Origin: Chloroflexota bacterium
GTDB taxonomy: Bacteria; Chloroflexota; UBA11872; VXNJ01
NCBI GenBank assembly: GCA_965261345.1
Contig: OZ253449.1
Span: 1,824,001-1,888,000 of the forward strand
Direction of reading: 5' to 3'
DNA length: 64,000 bases
Translations under genes and position numbers: made by a program
In this document: one piece after another, positions 56,954-64,000 of the stretch
How positions within the stretch are numbered: the first letter of the stretch is position 1
Layout of the letters: each line of letters begins with the position of its first letter
Notes under the pieces: generated by a model
Seen by the model: only the letters and a program-made list of their open reading frames with translations
Told to the model about the DNA's origin: nothing
Databases searched by the model: none

Positions 56954-57448
56954 CTAGTCCAGCTCGGTGGCCAGGATCTGCGCGCGCTGGGCAATCCGGT
57001 CCTCGGTTAAGGCCCAGTCCAGCCGGGCGTCGTCGAGCGCCAGAATCTGGATCGCCAGTAACGCCGCGTTGTGGGCGCCGGCTTTGCCGATCGCCAGGGT
57101 CCCAACCGGGATGCCGCGCGGCATTTGCACCGTGGCCAGCAACGAGTCAAGACCATCGAGCGCCCAGCCCGGCATCGGCACTCCCAGGACCGGGCGGACA
57201 GTCTGGGCAGCCACCGCACCGGCCAGATGAGCAGCCCCACCGGCGGCGGCGATGAACACCTTGGCGCCACGCTCTTCGGTTTCCCGAACCCAGGCCACGG
57301 TCTCCTCGGGGGTGCGGTGGGCCGAGAGCACCCGTGCGTCGAATGCAACTCCAAATTTGGCCAGCTGCTCGGTGGCGCTGCGCATCACCGGCCAGTCGGA
57401 CTTGGATCCAAAGACTACGCCCACCTGAACGGGCCCCGGCTTTTCCAT
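56954..57448 (-). CDS. purE: N5-carboxyaminoimidazole ribonucleotide mutase
   Basis: 'GSKSDW', 'SAHRTP', 'AGGAAHLAG' and '[11 protein letters not shown]'. Confidence 0.97.
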   Translation of the reverse strand: MEKPGPVQVGVVFGSKSDWPVMRSATEQLAKFGVAFDARVLSAHRTPEETVAWVRETEERGAKVFIAAAGGAAHLAGAVAAQTVRPVLGVPMPGWALDGLDSLLATVQMPRGIPVGTLAIGKAGAHNAALLAIQILALDDARLDWALTEDRIAQRAQILATELD

Positions 57449-58891
57449 CTATTGCCCCTGCGAGAGTGAATAACCGACCAACCCGTCATAGGTGTACAGA
57501 TTCTCGGCCTTTACGAAATCAATTCCGGCGGCGGCGAATCCGCTCAAGAGCTCGGCAACCTGGGCGTGTGTGGCGTCGGAGCACTCGTAACGGCAACGCC
57601 AGTGGTTGGAGAGATGGGCGATTCCCGCGTCGCCGGGCCACACCTTGAGACCGCGGTTGTCGATCAGCGAAAGGTCGAACTCGTTGGCCAGCGGGCCGAC
57701 CTGCTCGGCCAGCCTGGCCGGTGGACCACCGCTCCAATCCAGGAACACATCGACACCGACCAACTGTTTCTTGGGCCCTACGGTCGGTTTGGCACGGGCC
57801 GGTCGGCGCGAGCTGGATTCGCCGAAATGGGCCGGCGGGTAATGGGAAGGCTTACGCCCGGTTCGATCGATCACGGCGTCGGCAAATTCGCGGGTGCCCA
57901 CCTTGGCGGTGCTGTGCTCAGTCGAATAGACGTCATAGGTGTGGATGCCGTCCTCGATCGTTGACAGCCAGGCGTCGCGCACCCGGGCCGCCACATCGGA
58001 CTGGCCGATGTGCACCAGCATCAGGATCGCCCCGTTTAGCAATCCCGAGGGATTGGCCAGATTCTGTCCGGCCCGCCGCGGGGCCGAACCGTGAATCGCC
58101 TCGAACATGGCATAGTCGGTGCCCACGTTGGCCGATCCGGCCAGACCGACACTGCCGGCAATCTGGGCGGCGATGTCCGAGAGGATGTCGCCATAGAGAT
58201 TGGGAGTAACGATCACGTCGAAGACCTCCGGGGTGTCGGCCAGCTTGGCCATCCCGATGTCTACGATCCAATGTTCGTTTTCAATATCCGGGTAGTCGAC
58301 CGCGACCTCGTCAAACACCCGGTGGAACATTCCGTCGGTGAGCTTCATGATGTTGTCTTTGGTAAAGCATGTGACCTTGCCGCGCCCGAAGCGACGGGCA
58401 TATTCGAATGCGTAGCGGCAGATTCGCTCGGACCCGGCATGCGATATCAATTTGAGCGATTCGGTCATCCCGGCGGTCGGCTGATACTCGATTCCGGCGT
58501 AGAGGTCCTCCTCGTTTTCCCTAACGATCACCACATCCATGCCCGCGTGCTTGGTGGCCACATAAGGGTCGTAGGCTACCGCCGGGCGAATGTTGGCGTA
58601 AAGCCCCAGCGTCTTGCGGATGGTCACGTTCATGCTCTTGAACCCGCCGCCCTGCGGGGTCGTAATCGGCGCTTTCAGAAATACCTTGGTTCGCAGCAGC
58701 GACTCCCAGGCCGAACCCTCAATGCCACTGGTGTGCCCGCGCAGGTAGACCGGTTCGCCGACCTCGATTTCCTCCAGGGCAATCGCCGCCCCGGACGCCT
58801 GCAGGATACGCAGCGTGGCGTCCATGATCTCGGGGCCAATTCCGTCGCCCTTGGCGATCGTGATCGGTACGTTTTGGCGCGATGGTTGCAT
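57449..58891 (-). CDS. icd: NADP-dependent isocitrate dehydrogenase (long form with C-terminal extension)
   Basis: 'GDGIGPEI', 'KAPITTPQGGGFKSMNVTIRK', 'RENEEDLYAGIE', 'KDNIMK', 'NLYGDILSD' and 'EAIHGSAP'; C-terminal 'LVGVDVF...NRGLKVWP'. Confidence 0.95.
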   Translation of the reverse strand: MQPSRQNVPITIAKGDGIGPEIMDATLRILQASGAAIALEEIEVGEPVYLRGHTSGIEGSAWESLLRTKVFLKAPITTPQGGGFKSMNVTIRKTLGLYANIRPAVAYDPYVATKHAGMDVVIVRENEEDLYAGIEYQPTAGMTESLKLISHAGSERICRYAFEYARRFGRGKVTCFTKDNIMKLTDGMFHRVFDEVAVDYPDIENEHWIVDIGMAKLADTPEVFDVIVTPNLYGDILSDIAAQIAGSVGLAGSANVGTDYAMFEAIHGSAPRRAGQNLANPSGLLNGAILMLVHIGQSDVAARVRDAWLSTIEDGIHTYDVYSTEHSTAKVGTREFADAVIDRTGRKPSHYPPAHFGESSSRRPARAKPTVGPKKQLVGVDVFLDWSGGPPARLAEQVGPLANEFDLSLIDNRGLKVWPGDAGIAHLSNHWRCRYECSDATHAQVAELLSGFAAAGIDFVKAENLYTYDGLVGYSLSQGQ

Positions 58892-58926
58892 AGATTTTTC
58901 CGGGAAGTTGGTTCGGCCGAGGTGCT

Positions 58927-59745
58927 CTACGATGTTCCGGTTGGCCCGGCAAGGTCAACCCCGCGGGCTCGCGCCCAGTGCTGGGTGCGGGTGGGCAGCC
59001 GCCCGGTCCAGAAGAGGAACAGGGCCGCCGCCGAGGCCAGTCCAACCACCACCGCAATCCACTGGGCTTGGGTAAATGGTCCGTAAAGCTCGTCCTGACG
59101 CAGGAAGGTAACCAGGAATCGAAACAGCGAATAGGAGAAGGTATAGAGGAAAAATACGCGGCCGGAGCCGCCCCAGCGCTTCACCGCCCAGATCAGTAGT
59201 GCCAGTATCAGCAGGTCGGCGATCAACTCGTAGAGATGGGCGGGATGGGCGGCGAACGTATCGCCGAGGGCGTCGCGTGCGGCCAGGGTGGTGGAGTTCG
59301 TGTACAGGAAGGCCCACGGAAGATCGGAAGCCACGCGGGTGTGCTCGCCGTTGACGATGTTGGCCAATCGGCCAATCGCCTGACCCAATATCAGGCCCAA
59401 ACCGCCGACATCCATTATTGGTCGGATCGGGATCTTTTGGCGCCAGGCGGCAATAACTCCGCCGGCGACGCCGCCGAGGATCCCGCCCCAGATCGCCCCT
59501 CCGCCGTGCCAGATCTGCACGGCTAGGATCGGGTCATTGGCGTAAATCTCGGGCCATTTGTCGATCACGTGCAGGGCCCGGGTTCCGATTATTCCGGCGA
59601 TGATCGCCCAAAGTGCGATGGCATCGACAGCCTCAGCATCTATCCCGACGGCTGGGGCATAGCGCCGACACATCCACCATCCAGCCGCAATGCCGGCGAC
59701 CACGATCGGGCCGTACAGCCGCAGGGTAAGCGGGCCCAGGTCCAC
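58927..59745 (-). CDS. lgt: Prolipoprotein diacylglyceryl transferase
   Basis: 'LGPLTLRLYG', 'IWHGGGAIWGG', 'GQAIGRLANIVNGE', 'HPAHLYE' and 'YSLFRF'. The true start is probably a few codons upstream. Confidence 0.93.
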   Translation of the reverse strand: MDLGPLTLRLYGPIVVAGIAAGWWMCRRYAPAVGIDAEAVDAIALWAIIAGIIGTRALHVIDKWPEIYANDPILAVQIWHGGGAIWGGILGGVAGGVIAAWRQKIPIRPIMDVGGLGLILGQAIGRLANIVNGEHTRVASDLPWAFLYTNSTTLAARDALGDTFAAHPAHLYELIADLLILALLIWAVKRWGGSGRVFFLYTFSYSLFRFLVTFLRQDELYGPFTQAQWIAVVVGLASAAALFLFWTGRLPTRTQHWARARGVDLAGPTGTS

Positions 59746-59865
59746 GTAGGGCCCCCAGGGGATCTCGATTAAGCTAAAAATTGCCAGATCACTTTACAGT
59801 TGTAGCTTGCCGGTGCCAGAGTCCGAATAAGCATCATACGGCCAAACAAATGCGGCTCCTGGCCG

Positions 59866-60975
59866 TTACCGGCCGCACTGATTTTCCAAAATCACGGTGG
59901 TGGTCGGCGGCGCCCGGGTGACCTCGGCGTAACCGGTCAACTCGACAAATCCGCGGCCGACCGGGTCCGCCCCCTGCCTGGCGACAACCGAACCCTCCCA
60001 GTAAAAGCTACCGGTGCTCGCGGTAGCATCCAGCTCGGAATCGGCAATGTGCGGCTCAATCACTAGGTCGATTTCCTGAGAAGGGACCTGCAGATGCCAA
60101 CCGGCAGGGTAACTGGCGTTGCTGCTGGGGCTTTTCCATTGACCCAGGGGAGCGATCAATATATCGCTCTCGACCAGGTGGGTTTGCCCGCCGCTCGGGC
60201 CGGAGATCGTTCCGTAGATTGCGGCGACCTGGTCGTCTTCCCCGCGAACGACGGTGACCATGAGCTCGCGCCGGTCGGCCAGCTGCAATGAAAACCAGTC
60301 CCAGCCGCCGTCTCCGGTGACGATGAAATCGCCCCACTGGTGATCGAACCAGGCCTCACCGGCGACCGCGCGAGATTGACCCGCGATGGTTACGACGCCG
60401 CTGGCGCTCAGTCGCGGATGGGAATAGTAGTACGACCAGCCGTAGGGCGAGAAATCGATGATTCCGGACCGGTTGTGGAGGACCGCCGGAGCGGAAATGT
60501 CGAGCTCCAGTTCCAGGCCGATTTCGCCGTCCCGGGCCAAGATCGTAAATCCGTCGTCGGCAAGATTTAGCCGCCAGCCGCCGACGCACAGGGCGGCGCC
60601 CAGATTGGGATCCGAACCGTCGGCGGCCGAGGTGCGCTGCGCGTAAAGAAAGGTTTTGCTGGTTAAATCGGACAGCGCGAAGTGGGCGGCGTGCGAGCGC
60701 GGGAGGTTGGCCCGCTGGCCGGCAAAAATGACGAATTCGAATCCGTATTGGTGGCCATTCACGTCTTCCAGATGACCGGTAAAGTACCACCACTCACTCA
60801 GGTTGCGGTGCGGAAACTGATCTGCCGGCAGGGCTACCGGCGCCAGGTCGGCGATCACCGGCGGCTCGGGATCTGGAACCGGCCGCAGCGGGGCGTATGC
60901 ACCGCTGCAGGATACCAGCAGCAGCGCCAGCACCCCCATAAGCAGAACCGGCGCCAGTTTGGCTAGCCTGGACAT
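59866..60975 (-). CDS. Lipocalin-like/CrtC-AttH family lipoprotein
   Basis: Lipobox LVSC; 'EWWYFTGHL', 'SYYYSHPRL', 'AWFDHQWG', 'GWDWFSLQL', 'YWEG' and 'GFVELTGY'. Confidence 0.88.
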   Translation of the reverse strand: MSRLAKLAPVLLMGVLALLLVSCSGAYAPLRPVPDPEPPVIADLAPVALPADQFPHRNLSEWWYFTGHLEDVNGHQYGFEFVIFAGQRANLPRSHAAHFALSDLTSKTFLYAQRTSAADGSDPNLGAALCVGGWRLNLADDGFTILARDGEIGLELELDISAPAVLHNRSGIIDFSPYGWSYYYSHPRLSASGVVTIAGQSRAVAGEAWFDHQWGDFIVTGDGGWDWFSLQLADRRELMVTVVRGEDDQVAAIYGTISGPSGGQTHLVESDILIAPLGQWKSPSSNASYPAGWHLQVPSQEIDLVIEPHIADSELDATASTGSFYWEGSVVARQGADPVGRGFVELTGYAEVTRAPPTTTVILENQCGR

Positions 60976-63152
60976 AGCCGGAATCGCTTCCAGGGCATCC
61001 ACCAATTCCACTTGCCGGCCAGTTTCATCGCCGCCGGGGCCAGCAGCGAACGCACGATCACAGCGTCGGTGGCGACCGCGATCGCGCCAGCAACGCCAAG
61101 CGCCTTGACCGCGACCACGTCGGCGGTGGCAAAGGCCAGGCCCACTACCACGACCACCAACGCCCCCGATGTGATAACTCGCCCCGATTGCTGCAGACCG
61201 GTAGCTACCGCTTCCTCGATATCGCCGGTGGCCACCCAGGCCGCCTGCACCTGGGCCAGCAAGAAGACTTCATAGTCCATGCTCAGCCCAAAAAGCACCG
61301 CAAACAAAATCACCGGCAGGGTCGCATCGACGTAGCCGAGCGGTTCGAAATGCAATGGTCCGGCCAGCCAGCCGTTCTGAAAAATCAAAACTACCGCGCC
61401 GAAGCTGGCCGTTAAAGACAGGAGATTTAACAGCACCGCCTTGAGCGGGAGCACCAACGAGTGAAACATGATTGCCAACAGCACCAGGGTGGTGAGCAGA
61501 ATCACCCCGACGACCTTTGGAAACGTCGAATAGACGGCGTCGGCAAAATCGACGTAGTTGGCCGCGCCTCCTCCCAGCAGACCATCCAGCTGCCGGGCCT
61601 TGACCCAATCGCGGATTGCATAGACCAGCTCACGGCCCTCGGCGCCGTTGGAGGGTCCGTTGGGGACGATTCCCAGCACCGCGGTGTTGCCACTGGTAAG
61701 TGATGCGGCGACCGCTCGCGCCTGCAAATCGGCGGCTTCTGGCCCATCGCGGTAAATCGCCAGATACTGGGGCCAGGTGATCGCAGGATCGAGACTGACT
61801 ATTCCAGTGGTGTGGGCGACCCGGTCGTCGGCCTCAAGCGCCCGCGCCAATTCATACTGGGCGCGCAGCGCAGCGGGGGCGAATGGCCCATCGGGAAAAT
61901 CCAGGACCAGATACATCTGGGCCAGCTCGCCCGGGCCGTATTCCGCCTCGAGGAGTTCGAAGGATTGCCGGGCTTCGGAAGAGGCGGGCAGCACCCGCGC
62001 GTCCGGCAAGGAGATGCGGGCCCCGGCTAGGGGCAGGGCCATTACCGCCAGCAAAAGACTGACCGGGACCAGGACCCACAGCGGCCGCTTCATCACCAGC
62101 CGCGCGGTCCGCTCCCAGAGGCGGCGTTTGCTCTTGCCTTCGGGCAGCACCGCCAACCAGTTGATCCGCCGGCCCACTATCGCCAGCACCGCCGGAGCCA
62201 GGGTGAGTGCGCACAGGGCGGCCACCACCGTGACCGCCGCCCCGGCGATTCCAATCGATCGGAAGAACTGGAAATCAAAAATTGCCAGCGAGGCCAGGCC
62301 GACAACTACGGCGCTGGCGGAGAAAGCCACCGTCTTGCCGGTTGTGGCGGTGGTTGCGATGACGGCCGCGGAAGGTTCGCTGGATTCAAGCTGGCTGCGA
62401 AAACGCGAGACCAGGAACAGCGAGTAATCAACTCCCAACCCCAGCCCGATCAGGGTGGCGATATTGAGCGCAAAGATTGAAATGTTGACCCAGTCGGCCA
62501 ATGCCCAAATCACCGCCAGGCCGACCACGACCGCCACCGCGCCCAGCACCAGCGGGAGCACGGCCGCGGTGAGCGATCCAAAAACCAGCAGCAGGGCAAG
62601 CAGCAGGAACGGGATACCGATCAACTCGGCACGCTGCAGATCGGCCTTGGTAAATTGCTCGATGTCGTTGTAGTAAGCGGCCGGGCCGGCCAGGCTCACT
62701 TCCAGGAATGAATCTGAAAATGCGGCCTTTACCGCTGGAGCCAGGGTGTGCGCACGCTCGGGCGTCCGGTCGATGGCAAGGTGCAAGTAGATCGTCTGGC
62801 CGGAATCGGCGACCTGGTGGGCGACCTGCTCGGGACGCTCGATCGCGGTAATCTGGTCGAGGGCTAGAACGTTGGCGCTGACGCGCTCGATCTCGGAGTG
62901 ACTGGCCCGGTCGGTTATCGACCCGGAAGGGTCGTGGAAGATTACCGTTAGCAGCGGGATTGGATTGCCGAGACTATCGGTTAGGCGTTCGAAGGCCTGC
63001 GCTGCCTGCAGGTTGGGGGAAGAAAATCCGCCGGCCACCAGGCGGCCCGGCACCTGCAACGCCAACCCGGCGCAGAGGAGTCCCAACAGCGCCCAGGAAA
63101 TTACGATCGGCCATCGCCACCGCACCGCCGCCCGGCCCAAAGCTGCGAACAC
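60963..63152 (-). CDS. MMPL-family (RND) lipid transporter
   Basis: 'GLGLGVDYSLFLVSRFR', 'TTGKTVAFSA', 'FGLSMDYEVFLL' and 'SGRVITSGA'; two-fold repeat architecture. Confidence 0.95.
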   Translation of the reverse strand: MFAALGRAAVRWRWPIVISWALLGLLCAGLALQVPGRLVAGGFSSPNLQAAQAFERLTDSLGNPIPLLTVIFHDPSGSITDRASHSEIERVSANVLALDQITAIERPEQVAHQVADSGQTIYLHLAIDRTPERAHTLAPAVKAAFSDSFLEVSLAGPAAYYNDIEQFTKADLQRAELIGIPFLLLALLLVFGSLTAAVLPLVLGAVAVVVGLAVIWALADWVNISIFALNIATLIGLGLGVDYSLFLVSRFRSQLESSEPSAAVIATTATTGKTVAFSASAVVVGLASLAIFDFQFFRSIGIAGAAVTVVAALCALTLAPAVLAIVGRRINWLAVLPEGKSKRRLWERTARLVMKRPLWVLVPVSLLLAVMALPLAGARISLPDARVLPASSEARQSFELLEAEYGPGELAQMYLVLDFPDGPFAPAALRAQYELARALEADDRVAHTTGIVSLDPAITWPQYLAIYRDGPEAADLQARAVAASLTSGNTAVLGIVPNGPSNGAEGRELVYAIRDWVKARQLDGLLGGGAANYVDFADAVYSTFPKVVGVILLTTLVLLAIMFHSLVLPLKAVLLNLLSLTASFGAVVLIFQNGWLAGPLHFEPLGYVDATLPVILFAVLFGLSMDYEVFLLAQVQAAWVATGDIEEAVATGLQQSGRVITSGALVVVVVGLAFATADVVAVKALGVAGAIAVATDAVIVRSLLAPAAMKLAGKWNWWMPWKRFRLCPG

Positions 63153-63246
63153 GGTTTTGCCGGATCCCGATCCTACGATTTCGGCAGATTATCGTTAATT
63201 TAAAGAGATTACTTGTGCTTGCAAAGTAGCCATTTCCACTCAAAAG

Positions 63247-64000
63247 ATGCAGATTGCAATCACCGGCGGGACGGGCATGGTTGGCCGCGCGTTGGCTGCC
63301 GTCCTGGAGGCGGAGGGCCATGACCTGGTCCTGCTCTCGCGCAGCGGGCGATCGGCCGCCAACTACCGCCGGTCGGTCCATTGGGATCCGATAGCTGGCC
63401 CGGCGCCCAGCAGGGTCCTGGAAAACTGCCGAGTGGTAGTCCACCTGGCCGGCGAGCCGGTCAATGGCCGCTGGACCCGATCCAAGCGTGAGCGTATCGA
63501 GCGCAGCCGGGTTCTGGGCACTCAGAACCTGGTCGCCGGAATGGTGGCTGCCAATCCGGCCCCGCAGACCCTGATTTCGGTCAGTGCGATTGGCTACTAT
63601 GGCTCCCGCGGTGAACAGGACCTGAACGAGTCGGCTTCGGCTGGTGACGGGTTTCTTTCCAACGTTGCGCGTGGTTGGGAAATGGCCGCCGATCAATACT
63701 TGGCCTCCGGCAACCGGGTGGTGACGATGCGCCTGGGAATCGTGCTGGGCCGTGGTGGAATGCTGCAGAAAATCCTGCCGCTGGCGCGATGCGGATTGCT
63801 CGGAAGCCTCGGCAACGGGCGGCAGTGGTGGTCTTGGATCCATATCGCCGACCTGTGTCGGTTCATCGTGGCGGCGCTGGACGATATCGCCTTCGAGGGC
63901 GTCTACAACCTGGTTGCGCCGACTCCGGTGCGGCAGCGCGAGTTCTCCGGTCAACTGGCGGACCTGATGTCACGCCCGACATTTCTTCCGGTGCCAGAAT
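63247..64000 (+). CDS. YfcH/TIGR01777-type NAD-dependent epimerase family protein, truncated by the window end
   Basis: ATG at 63247 gives MQIAITGGTGMVGRAL...VVHLAGEPV...SR...SAIGYYG...RLGIVLG...GNGRQWWSWIHIADL. Not in the ORF track because there is no stop within the window. Confidence 0.92.
   Translation, partial: MQIAITGGTGMVGRALAAVLEAEGHDLVLLSRSGRSAANYRRSVHWDPIAGPAPSRVLENCRVVVHLAGEPVNGRWTRSKRERIERSRVLGTQNLVAGMVAANPAPQTLISVSAIGYYGSRGEQDLNESASAGDGFLSNVARGWEMAADQYLASGNRVVTMRLGIVLGRGGMLQKILPLARCGLLGSLGNGRQWWSWIHIADLCRFIVAALDDIAFEGVYNLVAPTPVRQREFSGQLADLMSRPTFLPVPE

Noticed and set aside
58091-59086. 331-aa ORF antisense to icd and other long antisense ORFs (e.g. 62974-63954, 53685-54584, 27264-28082)
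   Set aside because: They overlap well-supported genes on the other strand or frame and lack motifs; expected in high-GC DNA.
1-64000. CRISPR arrays, transposases, prophage or known anti-phage defence genes
   Set aside because: No regularly spaced repeats or diagnostic protein motifs seen by eye; the HNH protein is an exported lipoprotein and the JAB protein lacks CBASS or E1/E2 neighbours.

Overview
This is a GC-rich bacterial chromosomal window, most likely from a Chloroflexota genome. That inference rests on the GroEL sequence style, the YFPETGH-type surface repeats on a SpoIID protein, and the glmL-like gene pair. It holds about 54 CDSs, one tRNA-Leu(GAG) and a probable 6S RNA missed by the ORF track. 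Housekeeping genes include argS, a stand-alone groEL, pheA, a cmk-plsC fusion followed by der and plsY, uvrB, purE, icd and lgt. Transporters include a glucose-type sugar ABC, a TroABCD Mn/Zn ABC, two MacAB/FtsX-type exporters with unusually long adaptors, DrrAB, a TetA(P)-like MFS, an MMPL and a K+ channel. I found no integrase, transposase, phage or CRISPR signal. The most unusual items are: (1) a circularly permuted CcdA whose normally N-terminal SPCVLP helix sits at the C-terminus; (2) a lysine 2,3-aminomutase-type radical SAM gene directly downstream of an uncharacterised glutathionylspermidine-synthetase-like ATP-grasp ligase, a candidate beta-lysine ligation pathway; (3) a DarA/PstA c-di-AMP receptor lacking its B-loop; (4) a degenerate GlmL/MutL-like ATPase plus partner with no B12 mutase nearby; (5) a four-gene exporter with a giant adaptor and an AbrB-like domain fused to one ATPase. 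All family assignments come from motif recognition by eye; no database search was run.
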